Positions 18,125 through 29,705 of a stretch of DNA of 64,000 bases are shown here, piece after piece. Position numbers and translations under genes: made by a program. The stretch is taken from NCBI GenBank assembly GCA_965217185.1, contig OZ244252.1, positions 1,344,001-1,408,000 of the forward strand. The letters run 5' to 3'. Within the stretch, counting starts at the first letter, position 1. The number at the start of each line of letters is the position of its first letter. The notes under the pieces were generated by a model. It saw only the letters and a program-made list of their open reading frames with translations. It searched no databases and had not been told where the DNA came from. Source of the DNA: an uncultured Candidatus Entotheonella sp. GTDB lineage: Bacteria > Tectomicrobia > Entotheonellia > Entotheonellales > Entotheonellaceae.

Positions 18125-21100
18125 ATGTCTGACGACTATTCAGCCAACGTACAGACCACGGGCGCTGTTGCGGTGGGCGGCTCAGCCACCGGGACCATCG
18201 AGACCGCCCATGACCAGGACTGGTTCGCCGTCGAGCTGGTGGCGGGGCGCACCTACCAGTTCGACCTCGGAGGCAGCCCGAGCGGCGGCGGGACGCTCAG
18301 CGACACCTTCCTGCGAGCCATCTACGACAGCGAGGGGCGCTACCAGTCGGATAGCTACAACGACGACTTCGGTGGCAGCCGCGACAGCCGGGTGACGTTC
18401 ACGGCGTCGCAGAGCGGGACGTACTACGTGCGGGCGTCGGGGGACCGGGACGAGACGGGGAGCTACACGCTGAGGGTGTCGGACGTGACGCCGGTGTCGG
18501 TGGAGGACCCGCCACCGGTCGAGCCGCCTGCGGAAACGGTGGCACCGGAGGAGCCGGGGCCGGCGCGCGCGGCGGCCGAGGATCTCGGGGACATCACGGA
18601 GTTGGCGGCGCCGCGGTTCCCGCTGGGCACGCTGGACGGCGGCGCCGATGCGGTGGTCTGGTACCGGTTCACGCTGAGCGAGGCGCGCGAGGTGGCGCTT
18701 GGGCTTCGGCGCCAGGACGCCGATGCGGACCTGGTGCTGGAGGACGCGGCCGGCAACGTGCTGCACAGCAGCGAGCGTTCCGGCACAGCGAACGAATGGC
18801 TGCGCGAGACGCTGCTGGCGGGGACGTATTACGTACGGGTGGAGGCGCAGGAGGCGGGTGCGAACGCCTATGTGTTCCGCTACGGCGTGGGCGACGCGGA
18901 CCCGGCCGAAGTGACGCGGCTGGAGGCGGAGCAGGAATCGGTGCAGGAGCAGGTTCAGCAGCAGCCACCGGCATTCGGCTCTCAGTTCTACGGTTTCGAC
19001 CTCCCGGAGAACACGGACGGCAGCGCGAACCGGATATCGCTGGGCACGGTCTCTGCGACGGATCCGGACGGCGGTTCAGTGACCTACAGCATCGAGGGCG
19101 GCAACGCGGCGAGGCTGTTCGAGATCGACGCGGCCAGCGGCGAGCTGTTCTACACGGGCGGGGGCGAGGACTACGAGACCGGTTCGACCAGCTTCGAGCT
19201 GACTGTCCGGGCGAGCGACGGTGATCAGACGACCGATACCACCGCGACCGTCAGCGTCACCGACGTGGATGAGCTGGTGGAGGTCGATCCACCTGTTGCG
19301 CAACCGGATCAGAGTACGCCGCAGACGGTATCGGAACCTGCCGGCGAGGACTTCTCGGCGGGTGCCTCCACGAGCGGGCGGGTGGCGGTCGGCGACACGG
19401 CCACGGGCAACGTCGGGAGCAATGGCGACCGCGACTGGTTTGCGGTCGAGCTGGTGGCGGGGCGGACCTACGTCATCGAACTGAGAGGCAGCCGCACGGA
19501 CGACGGCACGCTGAGCGATCCCTATCTGGGCGGCATCCACGATTCCGACGGCAATCTCATTCCGCGTACGACGAACGACGACGGGGGCCAAGGCTACAAC
19601 AGCCGGGTGACCTTCACGGCAACCGGGAGCGGCACCCACTACATCGCGGCGGGCGCGGCGGGGGTCTTTTCCGGCCAGGGCACCTACGAGGTCGAGGTGA
19701 CGGACACCTCGCCGCCGATCGTGGCGCCGGACCCGGATTCCGAGAATCCGCCGGACACGCAGGAGCAGGTTCAGCAGCAGCCACCGGCATTCGGCTCTCA
19801 GTTCTACGGTTTCGAACTCCCGGAGAACACGGACGGCAGCGCGAACCGGATATCGCTGGGCACGGTCTCGGTGACGGGTCCGGACGGCGGTTCAGTGACC
19901 TACAGCATCGAGGGCGGCAACGCGGCGGGGCTGTTCGAGATCGACGCAGCCAGCGGCGAGCTGTTCTACACGGGCGGGGGCGAGGACTACGAGACCGGTT
20001 CGACCAGCTTCGAGCTGACTGTCCGGGCGAGCGACGGGGATCAGACGACCGACACCACCGCGACCGTCAGCGTCACCGACGTGGATGAGCCGGTGGAGGT
20101 CGATCCACCTGTTGCGCAACCGGATCAGAGTACGCCGCAGACGGTATCGGAGCCTTCCGGCGAGGACTTCTCCGCGGACACCTCCACGAGCGGGCGGGTG
20201 GCGGTCGGCGACACGGCCACGGGCAACATCGCCTGGCGGGTGGCGGTCGGCGACACGGCCACGGGCAACATCGCCTGGAGTTATTTCGACCACGACTGGT
20301 TTGCGGTGGAGTTGGTGGCGGGGCGGACCTACGTCATTGATCTGAGAGGCAGTCCCACGGACGACGGCACGCTGAGAGATCCTTATCTGCACGGCATCTA
20401 CGATTCCGACGGCAATTTCATTCCGCGTACGTGGGACGACGACGGGGGCCAAGGCTACAACAGCCGGGTGACCTTCACGGCAACCGAGAGCGGCACCCAC
20501 TACATCGCGGCGGCGGCGGCCTTTTCCGTGTGGGGGACCTATGAGGTGGAGGTGACGGACACCTCCTCGACGATCGTGGCGCCGGACCCGGATTCCGAGG
20601 AGCCGCCGGACACGCAGGAGCAGGTTCAGCAGCAGCCACCGGCATTCGGCTCTCAGTTCTACGGTTTCGACCTCCCGGAGAACACGGACGGCAGCACGAA
20701 CCGGATATCGCTGGGCACGGTCCGGCGGTAGACCCGGAAGGCGACACGCTGACCTACAGCATCGAGGGCGGCAACGCGGCGGGGTTGTTCGAGATCGACG
20801 CGGCCAGCGGCGAGCTGTTCTACACGGGCACGGGCGAGGACTACGAGACCGGTTCGACCAGCTTCGAGCTGACTGTCCGGGCGAGCGACGGGGATCAGAC
20901 GACCGACACCGCCGTGACCGTCAACGTCACCGACGTGGATGAGCCGGTGGAGGTCGATCCACCTGTTGCGCAACCGGATCAGAGTACGCCGCAGACGGTA
21001 TCGGAACCTGCCGGCGAGGACTTCTCGGCGGGCGCCTCCACGAGCGGGCGGGTGGCGGTCGGCGACACGGCCACGGGCAACATCGGGAGCAATGGCGACC

Positions 21101-23280
21101 GCGACTGGTTCGCGGTCGAGCTGGTGGCGGGCCGGACCTACGTCATCGATCTGAGAGGCAGCCCCACGGGTGACGGCACGCTGAGCGATCCCTATCTGGG
21201 CGGCATCCACGATTCCGACGGCAATCTCATTGCGCGTACGACGAACGACGACGGGGGCCAAGGCTACAACAGCCGGCTGACCTTCACGGCAACCGAGAGC
21301 GGGACCCACTACATCGCGGCGGGGGCCTATTCCGGCCAGGGCACCTACGAGGTCGAGGTGACGGACACCTCGCCGTCGCCGGTACCGCCAGAGGTTGTAC
21401 ATGCGCCCCCGGCCTTCGACCGGCAAACCCACCTCTTCGAGCTTGAGGAGAACTCCGATGGCAGCGTGGCCCGGCTATCGCTGGGCACTGTCACGGCGAC
21501 AGACCCGGAAGGAGCGACAATCAGTTACCGCATCACGGACGGTAACAACGCAGGTCTGTTCGAGATCGATGCGGCGAGCGGCGAGGTGTTCTACACGGGA
21601 TCGGGGGAGGACTACGAGACAGGCCAGACCACCCACTTGCTGACTGTGCGGGCGAGCGACGGATCGCTGTCCGACGACACCCTCGTGGTCGTTGACGTCA
21701 CCGATGTACTGGAGTTGCCGGTGGAATTGCCGACCAACGATGGAGCAGGCCCGGTTTCCGAACCACTGAACCAGGATCTGCCCGCTGACACGAGGACAAC
21801 GGGTGTGGTCGTACCAACGAGCGATTGGGATTCCCCGCTAGCAACCGGCAACATCCAGACACCCGGGGACGTCGATTGGTTCGCGATGACCCTGCAAGCG
21901 GACCACAATTACCTGATCCGGGTAAACGGCGCCAACCGGGACGACGTTTCCGCCGCCGTGATCGGCGTCTACGACGCCACCGGCACCCAAATTACCACCA
22001 GCGGATTTGGTTTCTCACCGGCTACGGACGGCACCTATTACGTGGCAATAACCCGGGAGCCCCCGAGGTCTGCGCAGCCTACGGGTCTCGATCATCCGCA
22101 AACCGGGCCCTATTCGGTGCGCTTGTGGGAATTCCCGGATCTACCGGAGGACATGACGACACCTGAGTTTAACTATGGTGATGGACAAAAGGGGTCCGAT
22201 TTTATCGAAACGCCGGGTGACCGGGACTGGATAAAGATTACGAGTCTGGAAGCGGGTGCGAGCTACATCATCGACGTAATGGCCTCCAATCGTCCTGGCT
22301 TGATCGGGGCGGAGTCGCCTGACGTTAAACTGTTCTCCGTACGGGACTCGACGGGCGCTGTCATCCCCAACACCGAAGCTGACGACGGAGGCGTTGGGCA
22401 GAATGCGCGGTTGAAGTTTACGGCCCCGAGCACCGGCACGTACTACCTCGAAGTCGGGACTTCGGACGACAGCACCGGTCTCTATGACTACCGCGTGATC
22501 GAAGACGATTACGCAGCCGACGAGACGACGACGGGCGAGGTCCCGGTCGACGGCACGATTACGGGCAACATCGAGAGGGGGTACGATCGCGACTGGTTCG
22601 AACTCAATCTCGAGAGCGGTACGCGCTACACGATTACCGTTGAGGGCGCAAGAGCCGGAGGCGGGACGTTAGAGGAGTCTATCCTATTAACTCTCTTCCC
22701 CCCGGAGTCGGAACCCGACGATACCCGCGGACCGACGTACATCAATGGCGACGGCGAATCGGTTGAGATACCCCATTGGAACACCCGTGAATTGATCGCG
22801 TGGTCGGACGATCCCTACTTTGTGCAGGTGACGGGAGAAGGCCGCAATACCGGAACCTATACCCTATCCGTGTCGGAATACTCGTGGGGAGACGATCTGG
22901 CCGACGACACGACGACGACCGGTTCGGTGGAATTCTTCCGGTATCCATCCGGCAACGTGCGGGGCCAGACCGTCGGCATCATTGAATCAGCGGGCGACGA
23001 GGACTGGTTCGCGGTCGAACTGGAAGCAGGCCGAACCTACAACATCAGTCTGCGGGGCAGACCAACGTACGACGGCACCCTGACGAATCCTTACCTGGAC
23101 GGTGTCCATGATGCCAACGGCAACTTCATCGCGAATGCGAGTGACGACGACGGCGGTGAGGGTCTTAACAGCCGCGTGGCGTTCACGCCGACCGCCGACG
23201 GCACCTATTACGTCGCCGCAGGGGCCTACGGGGACGAGGTCGGCACTTACGAGCTGACGATTTGGAACGAAGTGCTGTAG
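18125..23280 (+). CDS. Large repetitive secreted protein (about 1720 aa) with PPC and cadherin domains; one frameshift near 20723
   Basis: Repeated DxDWFAVEL...NDDGG...YYV PPC modules and ENTDG...DPDG...FEIDAASGEL...DYE...VRASDG cadherin modules; ACGGTCCGGCGGTAG needs one extra base to read TVSAVDPEG and join ORFs 18125-20731 and 20785-23280; AAGGAG RBS. Confidence 0.88.
18944..21376 (+). repeat. Three near-identical tandem units (816, 855 and about 760 nt), each cadherin + PPC
   Basis: Units start CAGGAGCAGGTTCAGCAGCAGCCACCG at 18944, 19760 and 20615. Confidence 0.92.
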
Positions 23281-23472
23281 TGGGACCAGTGGCGGGTAAC
23301 GCGGCGCATCATGCAGACCGACTGATCGTCGTCGAAAACGGTAGATGGGGCGGGTAGAGATAAAACACATAGGCCCTGGCTTGTGGCGACCCGCGGATTT
23401 CTCCGCCATCAGCAACCCGTCCTGAACGATCCGCCGGGTGTGAGAGCCACAGCCACAGAAGAGAGGCGCACC

Positions 23473-24590
23473 ATGACGACGACAACAGGCCGTGGAACCG
23501 ACAGGGGCGGTGCAGCGGAAATTCGCTCGGCTCTCGGCGAAAGCCGCCGCCTGTTCGTCGCCGTCGGGCTGTTTAGCGCCTTCGTCAACCTGCTGATGCT
23601 GACCGGCCCGCTGTTCATGCTGCAGATCTACGACCGCGTATTGACCTCGCGCTCCGAGGCAACACTGGTGGCGCTCGCCGCCATCGTCACCTTCCTATTC
23701 CTCATGATGGGCCTGCTCGACCATACCCGCGCCCGGGTGCTGGCGCGTGTCGGCGCCCGTTTCCAGGCGCGCCTCGACGGGCGTGTGCTGGGCGCCATCC
23801 TGACGCGGGCGGGCCGCTCGCCGGCTTCGCGCTCCGCCCCCGCCACCGGCCTGTCCGACCTGGAGGCCATGCAGCGCTTCGCCACCGGCCCCGGTCCGTT
23901 CGCCTTCTTCGACGCCCCCTGAACCCCCCGTCTTCCTGTTCGTGCTGTTCGTCTTCCACTGGCTGCTGGGCGTCTTGGCCGTGATCTCCGGCGTGTTGCT
24001 GCTGACCCTGGCACTGCTGAGCCAGGCGCGCACCGCCCGGCTGCGGCGCGAGTCCGGCGAGGCGGCGGCCCGTGCCGCCTACTTCGTCGAGCAGGTGCGG
24101 GCCGGCGGCGAGACGGTGCGCGGCCTTGGCATGCGAACTTCGGCCATCGCCCGCACCGGGCTGCTGCGCCATATCGCGCTGGCCAAGACCCTGGCGGCCT
24201 CGGACCGCGGCGGCGCCTTCGCGGCCACCTCGCGCGCCCTACGCCTGTTCCTGCAATCGATGATGCTGGGGCTCGGCGCCTGGCTGGCCATCCGGGGCGA
24301 GGTGACGCCGGGGATCATGATCGCGGCGTCGATCCTGCTGGGGCGCGCCCTGGCGCCAATCGATCAGGCGGTGGGCCAGTGGCCGTTGCTGCAGCACACC
24401 CTGGCGGCGCGGCGTTCCCTGGTCCGGCTGCTGAGCGAGACACCGGAAGAGCCTGAGCGCACGCCGCTGCCGAAGCCGCAGGCGCGGCTGACGGTCGAAA
24501 ATCTGTACGTGGCGCCGCCGGGGGCGGACGCGCCGGTGGTGCGCGGCGTGTCATTCCGTCTGGAGCCGGGCCGGGCCGTCGGCCTCGGGC
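23473..24590 (+). pseudogene. Type I secretion ABC permease/ATPase (PrtD-like) pseudogene
   Basis: FSAFVNLLMLTGPLFMLQIYDRVLTSRS, ASILLGRALAPIDQ; FDAP(W>TGA) stop at 23920, +1 shift in the adjacent C-run, truncated just before Walker A. Confidence 0.88.
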
Positions 24591-24698
24591 AAGTCATCGC
24601 TGGTGCGGGCGCTGACGGAAAACGGCTTCCGGCGCCAGGGGGGTGCCACTGTGTATGAAGGAGGCACTGGCTGACCTCGCTGGTAAGGAGAGGCCGGT

Positions 24699-24862
24699 AT
24701 GGCCAGGTATTACGCAACATGAACGCCCAGCCCAACGGTGAGCACGAGGTCCATACAGGCGACTGCAGCCGGTTGGCACCTATCCAGCATCGCGTCTATC
24801 TGGGCGACTTCTTCTCCTGTCGTCCCGCCATGACGGAAGCCAAGCTCCACTTCCACAACCCG
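24699..24862 (+). pseudogene. Small Cys/His-containing hypothetical protein remnant
   Basis: AAGGAGAGG RBS, MARYY then frameshift to NMNAQPNGEHEVHTGDC...RVYLGDFFSC; cut by an IS end. Confidence 0.55.
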
Positions 24863-24908
24863 CGGAGTTCTTCGCAGGTCGCCGCCCGATGACTTATGGA
24901 ACAGACTC
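24863..24908 (+). mobile_element. IS5-family right-end remnant
   Basis: CGCC.GATGACTTATGGAACAGACTC matches the ends at 42783 and 61320. Confidence 0.7.
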
Positions 24909-25196
24909 TAAGCACGAGCCAGTTTCTGCCCCAAGATACAACACGCCTTCCAGCATCTTGCCGTGTCCAATCAACCGCCACGCCAAGTTGAGCTAGACGT
25001 TGCTAGCCGAGACGCCCAACTTTATCATCAGTATCAACGACATAGCGTAGAATGCCAGCCTGGAAATCCCCAGACGGATATTACCACTCCTCGGTGGATA
25101 TGAGTTGAAGGCAGTGGCTTCCCGTACGGAGTCATAATAGGCAATGCTTGGCTAAATTTATTGTACAAATGTCTCATATTATGGAATGGTAGCGAC

Positions 25197-25469
25197 ATGA
25201 AGATCAGGCACAAAGGCGTACGCCAATTCGTCGTCACTGGCTCAACCGCGGGCATACCGAAACCACTTGCAAGCAAGCTACGCCGTATGCTGTCCGTTTT
25301 GGATCAGGCTACCCAGCCGAGTGAACTGGACAACCCGGCATGGCGATCACATCCGCTGAGAGGCGACTTGGCCGGATATTGGAGCATCCGCGTTACGGGC
25401 AACATGCGCCTGGTGTTCCGCTTTGACAGCGGCGAGGCCGTGGACGTGGACTTGGTTGACTACCACTGA
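25197..25469 (+). CDS. higB: HigB/RelE-family toxin (plasmid maintenance killer type)
   Basis: IRHKG...HPLRGDLAGYWSIRVTGNMRLVFRF...VDLVDYH. Confidence 0.92.
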   Translation: MKIRHKGVRQFVVTGSTAGIPKPLASKLRRMLSVLDQATQPSELDNPAWRSHPLRGDLAGYWSIRVTGNMRLVFRFDSGEAVDVDLVDYH

Positions 25470-25481
25470 AAGCAGGGAGAC

Positions 25482-25763
25482 ATGAGCAACGAACATGAAA
25501 GCATCCACATGAGCGATCCTTGTCACCCCGGCGAGGTGCTGCGTGACTGGATCAACGGCCATGGCAAGACGGTACAGGAGGCTGCAAACCTGATGGGTGT
25601 GTCGCGGGCAACGCTCAACCGGTTATTGTCCGGTGTTGGCCGTATCGCGCCGAAGCTGGCTGTGCAACTCGAGGGCATGGGATGGAGCAGCGCAGAGATG
25701 TGGTTACGGCTGCAACTGGCCCACGACCTTGCGGCAGCACGGCGTGCGAAACCGGTGGCATAA
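25482..25763 (+). CDS. higA: HigA antitoxin
   Basis: HPGEVL...GVSRATLNRL...SAEMWLRLQ HTH. Confidence 0.92.
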   Translation: MSNEHESIHMSDPCHPGEVLRDWINGHGKTVQEAANLMGVSRATLNRLLSGVGRIAPKLAVQLEGMGWSSAEMWLRLQLAHDLAAARRAKPVA

Positions 25764-25769
25764 GTGTCT

Positions 25770-25858
25770 GTGCTCATCCGCTCCACTGCTGCCGGCTGGA
25801 GCGACAGTTGCCGGGCGGGATTCGCACCCGCTGAAGAATGGCGCCTTCCACGGCGCAC
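25770..25858 (-). ncRNA. Group II intron 5' fragment (start of domain I)
   Basis: Minus strand GTGCGCCGTGGAAGGCGCC...GCGGGTGCGAATCCCGC...GCTCCAGCCGGCAGCA; GUGYG start, no downstream domains. Confidence 0.65.
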
Positions 25859-25876
25859 CCGATAAGCTCGACTATG

Positions 25877-25981
25877 TTAGAGCGGTTTTCGAATGACCGC
25901 ATGGGATGCCCGTAAAAGGCAAACCAACTCCAATTATCCGATGCCGCAATAGGCCAGACATACGAACGCAAACCGCTCTAA
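25877..25981. mobile_element. MITE family A copy 2 (about 105 bp)
   Basis: TTAGAGCGGTTT...AAACCGCTCTAA, 12-bp perfect inverted ends. Confidence 0.78.
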
Positions 25982-25986
25982 GGTCG

Positions 25987-26013
25987 CTGGATTCCGGCGT
26001 TCGCCGGAATGAC
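25987..26013. repeat. REP-like palindrome
   Basis: CTGGATTCCGGCGTTCGCCGGAATGAC hairpin. Confidence 0.65.
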
Positions 26014-26034
26014 CGATTCAGCAGACGTGCGAGA

Positions 26035-27210
26035 TTACGACAGAAATTGCTGCATCAACGCCGTCTGCCAGCGCAGCGCCAGACCGGTCAAACCCGCCGT
26101 TAAAACCAGACTTACCACAACAATCACGCCGAGTTCCGCCGCCACCAGTTCCACCATTTTGAGGCGGCTGCAGCCGAGTTTGTACATCGTCTCGATCTCC
26201 GACTGACGCAGGCGCAGGGATAACGCGATGACCAGGATGATCGTCAGGAGCATGGCGACGCTGACGACGGCGAAAATGACGTTGAGCACCCGTTGAATCT
26301 TGAAGATGTTCTGCAGCAGCGCCTTCACCACGCCGAGGGGCTGAATCAACTGGAACGCACTGGTCTCGGGAAGATAGCGGCCCATGAGCAGGGTGGCGGA
26401 TTTGTCGTCGTGCGGCACGGCAATGACCGAGGTGAGCGGGAACTGGCCCGTGTCGCCGTGAAAGTGAAACGAATCCATATTCTCCGGCGTGATCTCCGTG
26501 TACTGCACGATCTTGGCGCTGGCGACGAGCTTGCCGTCCACTTCTCTCAGCACCACTTGGGGGTCGCGGGTCGTCGCCACGTCCTCATGCCCGTGCCCGA
26601 GCCCTTCAATGACCCAGGCGGTTCTGACATCGACGAACACCGCCCGGTCGTCCGGCGTGTGACGCGCTTTGAGCACCCCCACCACTTGCATTTTGAGCGG
26701 ATACACGCCGGCCAAGTCAAACGGGTTCTCCGGCGTGGATATGAGTGCGTCGCCGGGGCCAAGGCCGAGCTGGTCCGCTACCGCCGCGCCCAAGACGCAC
26801 TCGCCCAGAACGGCCAGCATGCGCCCGGAGGCGACCTCAAGGCGGCGGAAGCTCATGTAGTCCAGCGTGGTGCCGACGATCGGAAAGCCTCGCGCCGTGT
26901 ACCGGTTGTATATGGGAATGGCAAAAGCAAAGCCGGTCTCGTCAATGCGGTCGGCTTCGCCCATGGTGATGGTCTCGGGCGGCTTTGAGGCGAAATAAAG
27001 CGTGTTCATCACCAAGTCCAGGGCGCTGCCCTTCTGCCCCAGAATCAAGGGCGTGGCCTGGGAGCGGTCGAGCATCTGCACCTCGCTGGCGCGCACGAGG
27101 ATGTGTACGGCGAGCGGCAGAAAGGTGATCAGGGTGAGCGCGGCGATGAGCACGGCGGCTTTGACTTTGTGAAACCGCAGGTACTGCCACGCCACGTACA
27201 GACTGTGCAT
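26035..27210 (-). CDS. ABC transporter permease (FtsX/MacB-like)
   Basis: N-terminal TM, periplasmic domain with GLGHGH and FHFHGD, C-terminal TMs. Confidence 0.85.
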   Translation of the reverse strand: MHSLYVAWQYLRFHKVKAAVLIAALTLITFLPLAVHILVRASEVQMLDRSQATPLILGQKGSALDLVMNTLYFASKPPETITMGEADRIDETGFAFAIPIYNRYTARGFPIVGTTLDYMSFRRLEVASGRMLAVLGECVLGAAVADQLGLGPGDALISTPENPFDLAGVYPLKMQVVGVLKARHTPDDRAVFVDVRTAWVIEGLGHGHEDVATTRDPQVVLREVDGKLVASAKIVQYTEITPENMDSFHFHGDTGQFPLTSVIAVPHDDKSATLLMGRYLPETSAFQLIQPLGVVKALLQNIFKIQRVLNVIFAVVSVAMLLTIILVIALSLRLRQSEIETMYKLGCSRLKMVELVAAELGVIVVVSLVLTAGLTGLALRWQTALMQQFLS

Positions 27211-27212
27211 GA

Positions 27213-27902
27213 TTACGCTCGCTGGGGGCGATCAAAGGCTTGAAAGTCGACCACCCGGTCGAAGCCGCTGAGCAGGCCGTGGTCGTGCGTGACCGCGACC
27301 AGCGTCGCCCTGGCCTCGTCGACATATTGAAAGAGGTGCTGCAGGATGTGCGATTTGTTGGCTGGGTCCAGATTGCCGGTGGGTTCATCGGCGAGGAGCA
27401 GAGGCGGCCGCGTCACCAGCGCCCGGCAAATGGCGGCGCGCTGCTTTTCGCCCTGGGACAGATGGTGGACGTGACGCTTGAGCTTGTCCGCGATGCCCAT
27501 GATGTCCGCCAGGTGGGCGGCATGCTCGCGCACCTGCGGGGTCAGATTCAGGGCGCGGTTGATGCGGTAGGGATGCAGGATGTTGTCGAGAATCGTCAGG
27601 TAGTCCAGCAGCGCAAAGTCCTGGAACACAAAGCCGATGTTGGCAATGCGAAACCGCCGCCGCTCGGCATCGCCGAGTTGATCCAGCGACGCGCCATGCA
27701 CTTTGATCTGGCCGCTGACGGCCGGCACAATGCCGGCCAGCAAATTGATGAGGGTCGTCTTGCCCGACCCGCTGGGTCCGATGACGGCCGCTTTCGTCCC
27801 GGCGTCGATGCAGAGCTCGGGAACGTGGAGATAAAAATCGCCCTCCGGGTACTGAAAGGTCAACCGCTCAATGGCGATGAAGGGAGGCTGCGCGTCAGTC
27901 AT
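27213..27902 (-). CDS. ABC transporter ATP-binding protein (LolD-like)
   Basis: [32 protein letters not shown]. Confidence 0.93.
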   Translation of the reverse strand: MTDAQPPFIAIERLTFQYPEGDFYLHVPELCIDAGTKAAVIGPSGSGKTTLINLLAGIVPAVSGQIKVHGASLDQLGDAERRRFRIANIGFVFQDFALLDYLTILDNILHPYRINRALNLTPQVREHAAHLADIMGIADKLKRHVHHLSQGEKQRAAICRALVTRPPLLLADEPTGNLDPANKSHILQHLFQYVDEARATLVAVTHDHGLLSGFDRVVDFQAFDRPQRA

Positions 27903-29656
27903 GGCAGGCGGCGTTCTTCGATGACGTCCAGGGCGACGATTTTCCAGGTCTGCTCGATGGGCTGGATGGTGATCATGGCGTCGTATTGATTGCGGCGCTG
28001 ATGGGTATGCCCCCAGTGGTTCACCGTGCCTGTGATGCGCCAGGCGCATTGGAACGTCAGGCGCTGACGCCTGCCTGGGGGGCCGACCTGAACGGCATCC
28101 AGCAGTTGTACGTCCTGCACCTTGGCCCGCGCCCCGCCCTGCTCTTCCATCACCAGGCGTTTGCGGCTCTGCAAATAGATGTCCGTGATCAAATCACCCG
28201 CGGCGCTGACCGCCAGTTTGTCGTAGACGTCGTTTTCAGCGCGAAAATCAAAGGCGCGATAGGTGTTTTGCAAAAGCCCTTGGAGAATCAACAACGACTC
28301 GACCTCGGGTAGCTGATAGGGCGCCGCAAACGGGTTGCGAACCGCAATCCGTCCAAAGGGCCCTACCCCTACGGCCACGACGAAAATCAAGACAACCGCG
28401 GTGATCCGATAGACACCGTTGAGCGCCAAAAAACCGCCAAAGCCAGCGATTAGCGCCGCCGTTAGGCAAAGCAGGACACTCGCCAAAGGTATTTCGAGTT
28501 GCTTGGCGGCCTGGGCGGCAATGGCGTCAATGGTGGCGACCTGGTAGTTGTAGTCGTCGAGCATATTGGTCCAGCGCAACGTGGGCTGCGCCGGCGTCAC
28601 GTCGTAGGGCAATTGACTGACAGGGTCGATGATCGTGGACGGGATCGTGGTGATTTGGTCGTCGAAGTGTGTCCAATCCACCGTCACCTCTTGCGGCGGT
28701 CCGGGGGTGACGTAGGCAAGAATCACGCCCACCAACGCGGTTTGGAACGTCAGCCGCTCAGCCGCGTCCAGCGACTGGATGCCCTGCGGGGTCACCCTGA
28801 CAAACTCGACGCGGTCCAGCAGCGGGCGGGACTTGGCACCATCAATCTTCACTTGGCTTTGCTGCAATAAAAACTGACCGATTTGCTCGCGCAGCCGCCC
28901 CTGCGCATCGGGGTCGATCGGCGTCTGTTCCGGTACATCCAGGGACATCCACGACGCCAACGCCTTCAGCCGGATGAGAATTTCAAACCGCACCTCGTAT
29001 GGCTCGACGTATAGAAACGTCATGAGCGGCGCGCTGTGATGCCGTTTCAACTCGGCATTTTCAAAGGCGGAGTACCAGGGGTCGTCCCAGTCCAACCGCA
29101 GGGTTTCCGGGCGTTTCAGGTATTGAAAATCGATGACCGGAATGGTTCCGTGATACACGATGAAGCCGATCTCGGCGGCCGCCTCATCGCTCCCCATTCG
29201 CGGCGGCGGCATCAGCGTCAGCGTCGCAGGAAGGGCTGACAAGTCGTAAACCATCTCGACGTAGGTTATCCCAGAACTGCCCGGTACCTGAACGACGGCC
29301 GGTTGGGAGGCTGTGGAGCGGTCCGTGCGTGGCCGCCGCTCGATGACCTTCACCTCCCCCGCCAGCGGCGTGCCGTCATCGCCCGTCAGTACCAGATCCC
29401 GCTGAATCCCATCTTGTTCGGAGGCATCGTCGTTGAGCAGATCGGCAAACGCCTCCTGATCCAGGTCGCCGATTTCCAGCCGCAGCGTGATGCGCTCCTC
29501 GTCAATCCATATCTCGGCGACCGTGGAACTGTGCTCGGCGCCGGTGTACTTCGTCAGGTGGGCCTGCGCGGTCCGCGCCAGCGGCAGCAGAGTCAGTATC
29601 AAGCACAACAAGCAGGTTGCCGGCCATGACCTGATGATCACAATTGAAATCCCCAT
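27899..29656 (-). CDS. Exported membrane-anchored hypothetical protein
   Basis: Signal peptide ending AQA-H, two late TMs, C-terminal HWGHTH; coupled to the ATPase gene (ATGA overlap). Confidence 0.75.
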   Translation of the reverse strand: MGISIVIIRSWPATCLLCLILTLLPLARTAQAHLTKYTGAEHSSTVAEIWIDEERITLRLEIGDLDQEAFADLLNDDASEQDGIQRDLVLTGDDGTPLAGEVKVIERRPRTDRSTASQPAVVQVPGSSGITYVEMVYDLSALPATLTLMPPPRMGSDEAAAEIGFIVYHGTIPVIDFQYLKRPETLRLDWDDPWYSAFENAELKRHHSAPLMTFLYVEPYEVRFEILIRLKALASWMSLDVPEQTPIDPDAQGRLREQIGQFLLQQSQVKIDGAKSRPLLDRVEFVRVTPQGIQSLDAAERLTFQTALVGVILAYVTPGPPQEVTVDWTHFDDQITTIPSTIIDPVSQLPYDVTPAQPTLRWTNMLDDYNYQVATIDAIAAQAAKQLEIPLASVLLCLTAALIAGFGGFLALNGVYRITAVVLIFVVAVGVGPFGRIAVRNPFAAPYQLPEVESLLILQGLLQNTYRAFDFRAENDVYDKLAVSAAGDLITDIYLQSRKRLVMEEQGGARAKVQDVQLLDAVQVGPPGRRQRLTFQCAWRITGTVNHWGHTHQRRNQYDAMITIQPIEQTWKIVALDVIEERRLP

Positions 29657-29705
29657 GGCTTGAGGGGTTCACAGCAACGGTCGCCTTGTCCCGGCTGAGT
29701 CTCGC

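Noticed and set aside
18944..21376. Diversity-generating retroelement (TR/VR pair)
   Set aside because: Differences are not restricted to adenines, they include indels, all copies are in-frame coding, and there is no reverse transcriptase in the window
23920..23922. TGA read as Trp or Sec (recoding)
   Set aside because: TGA ends many intact genes here, TGG is used normally, and the same gene also has a frameshift and truncation
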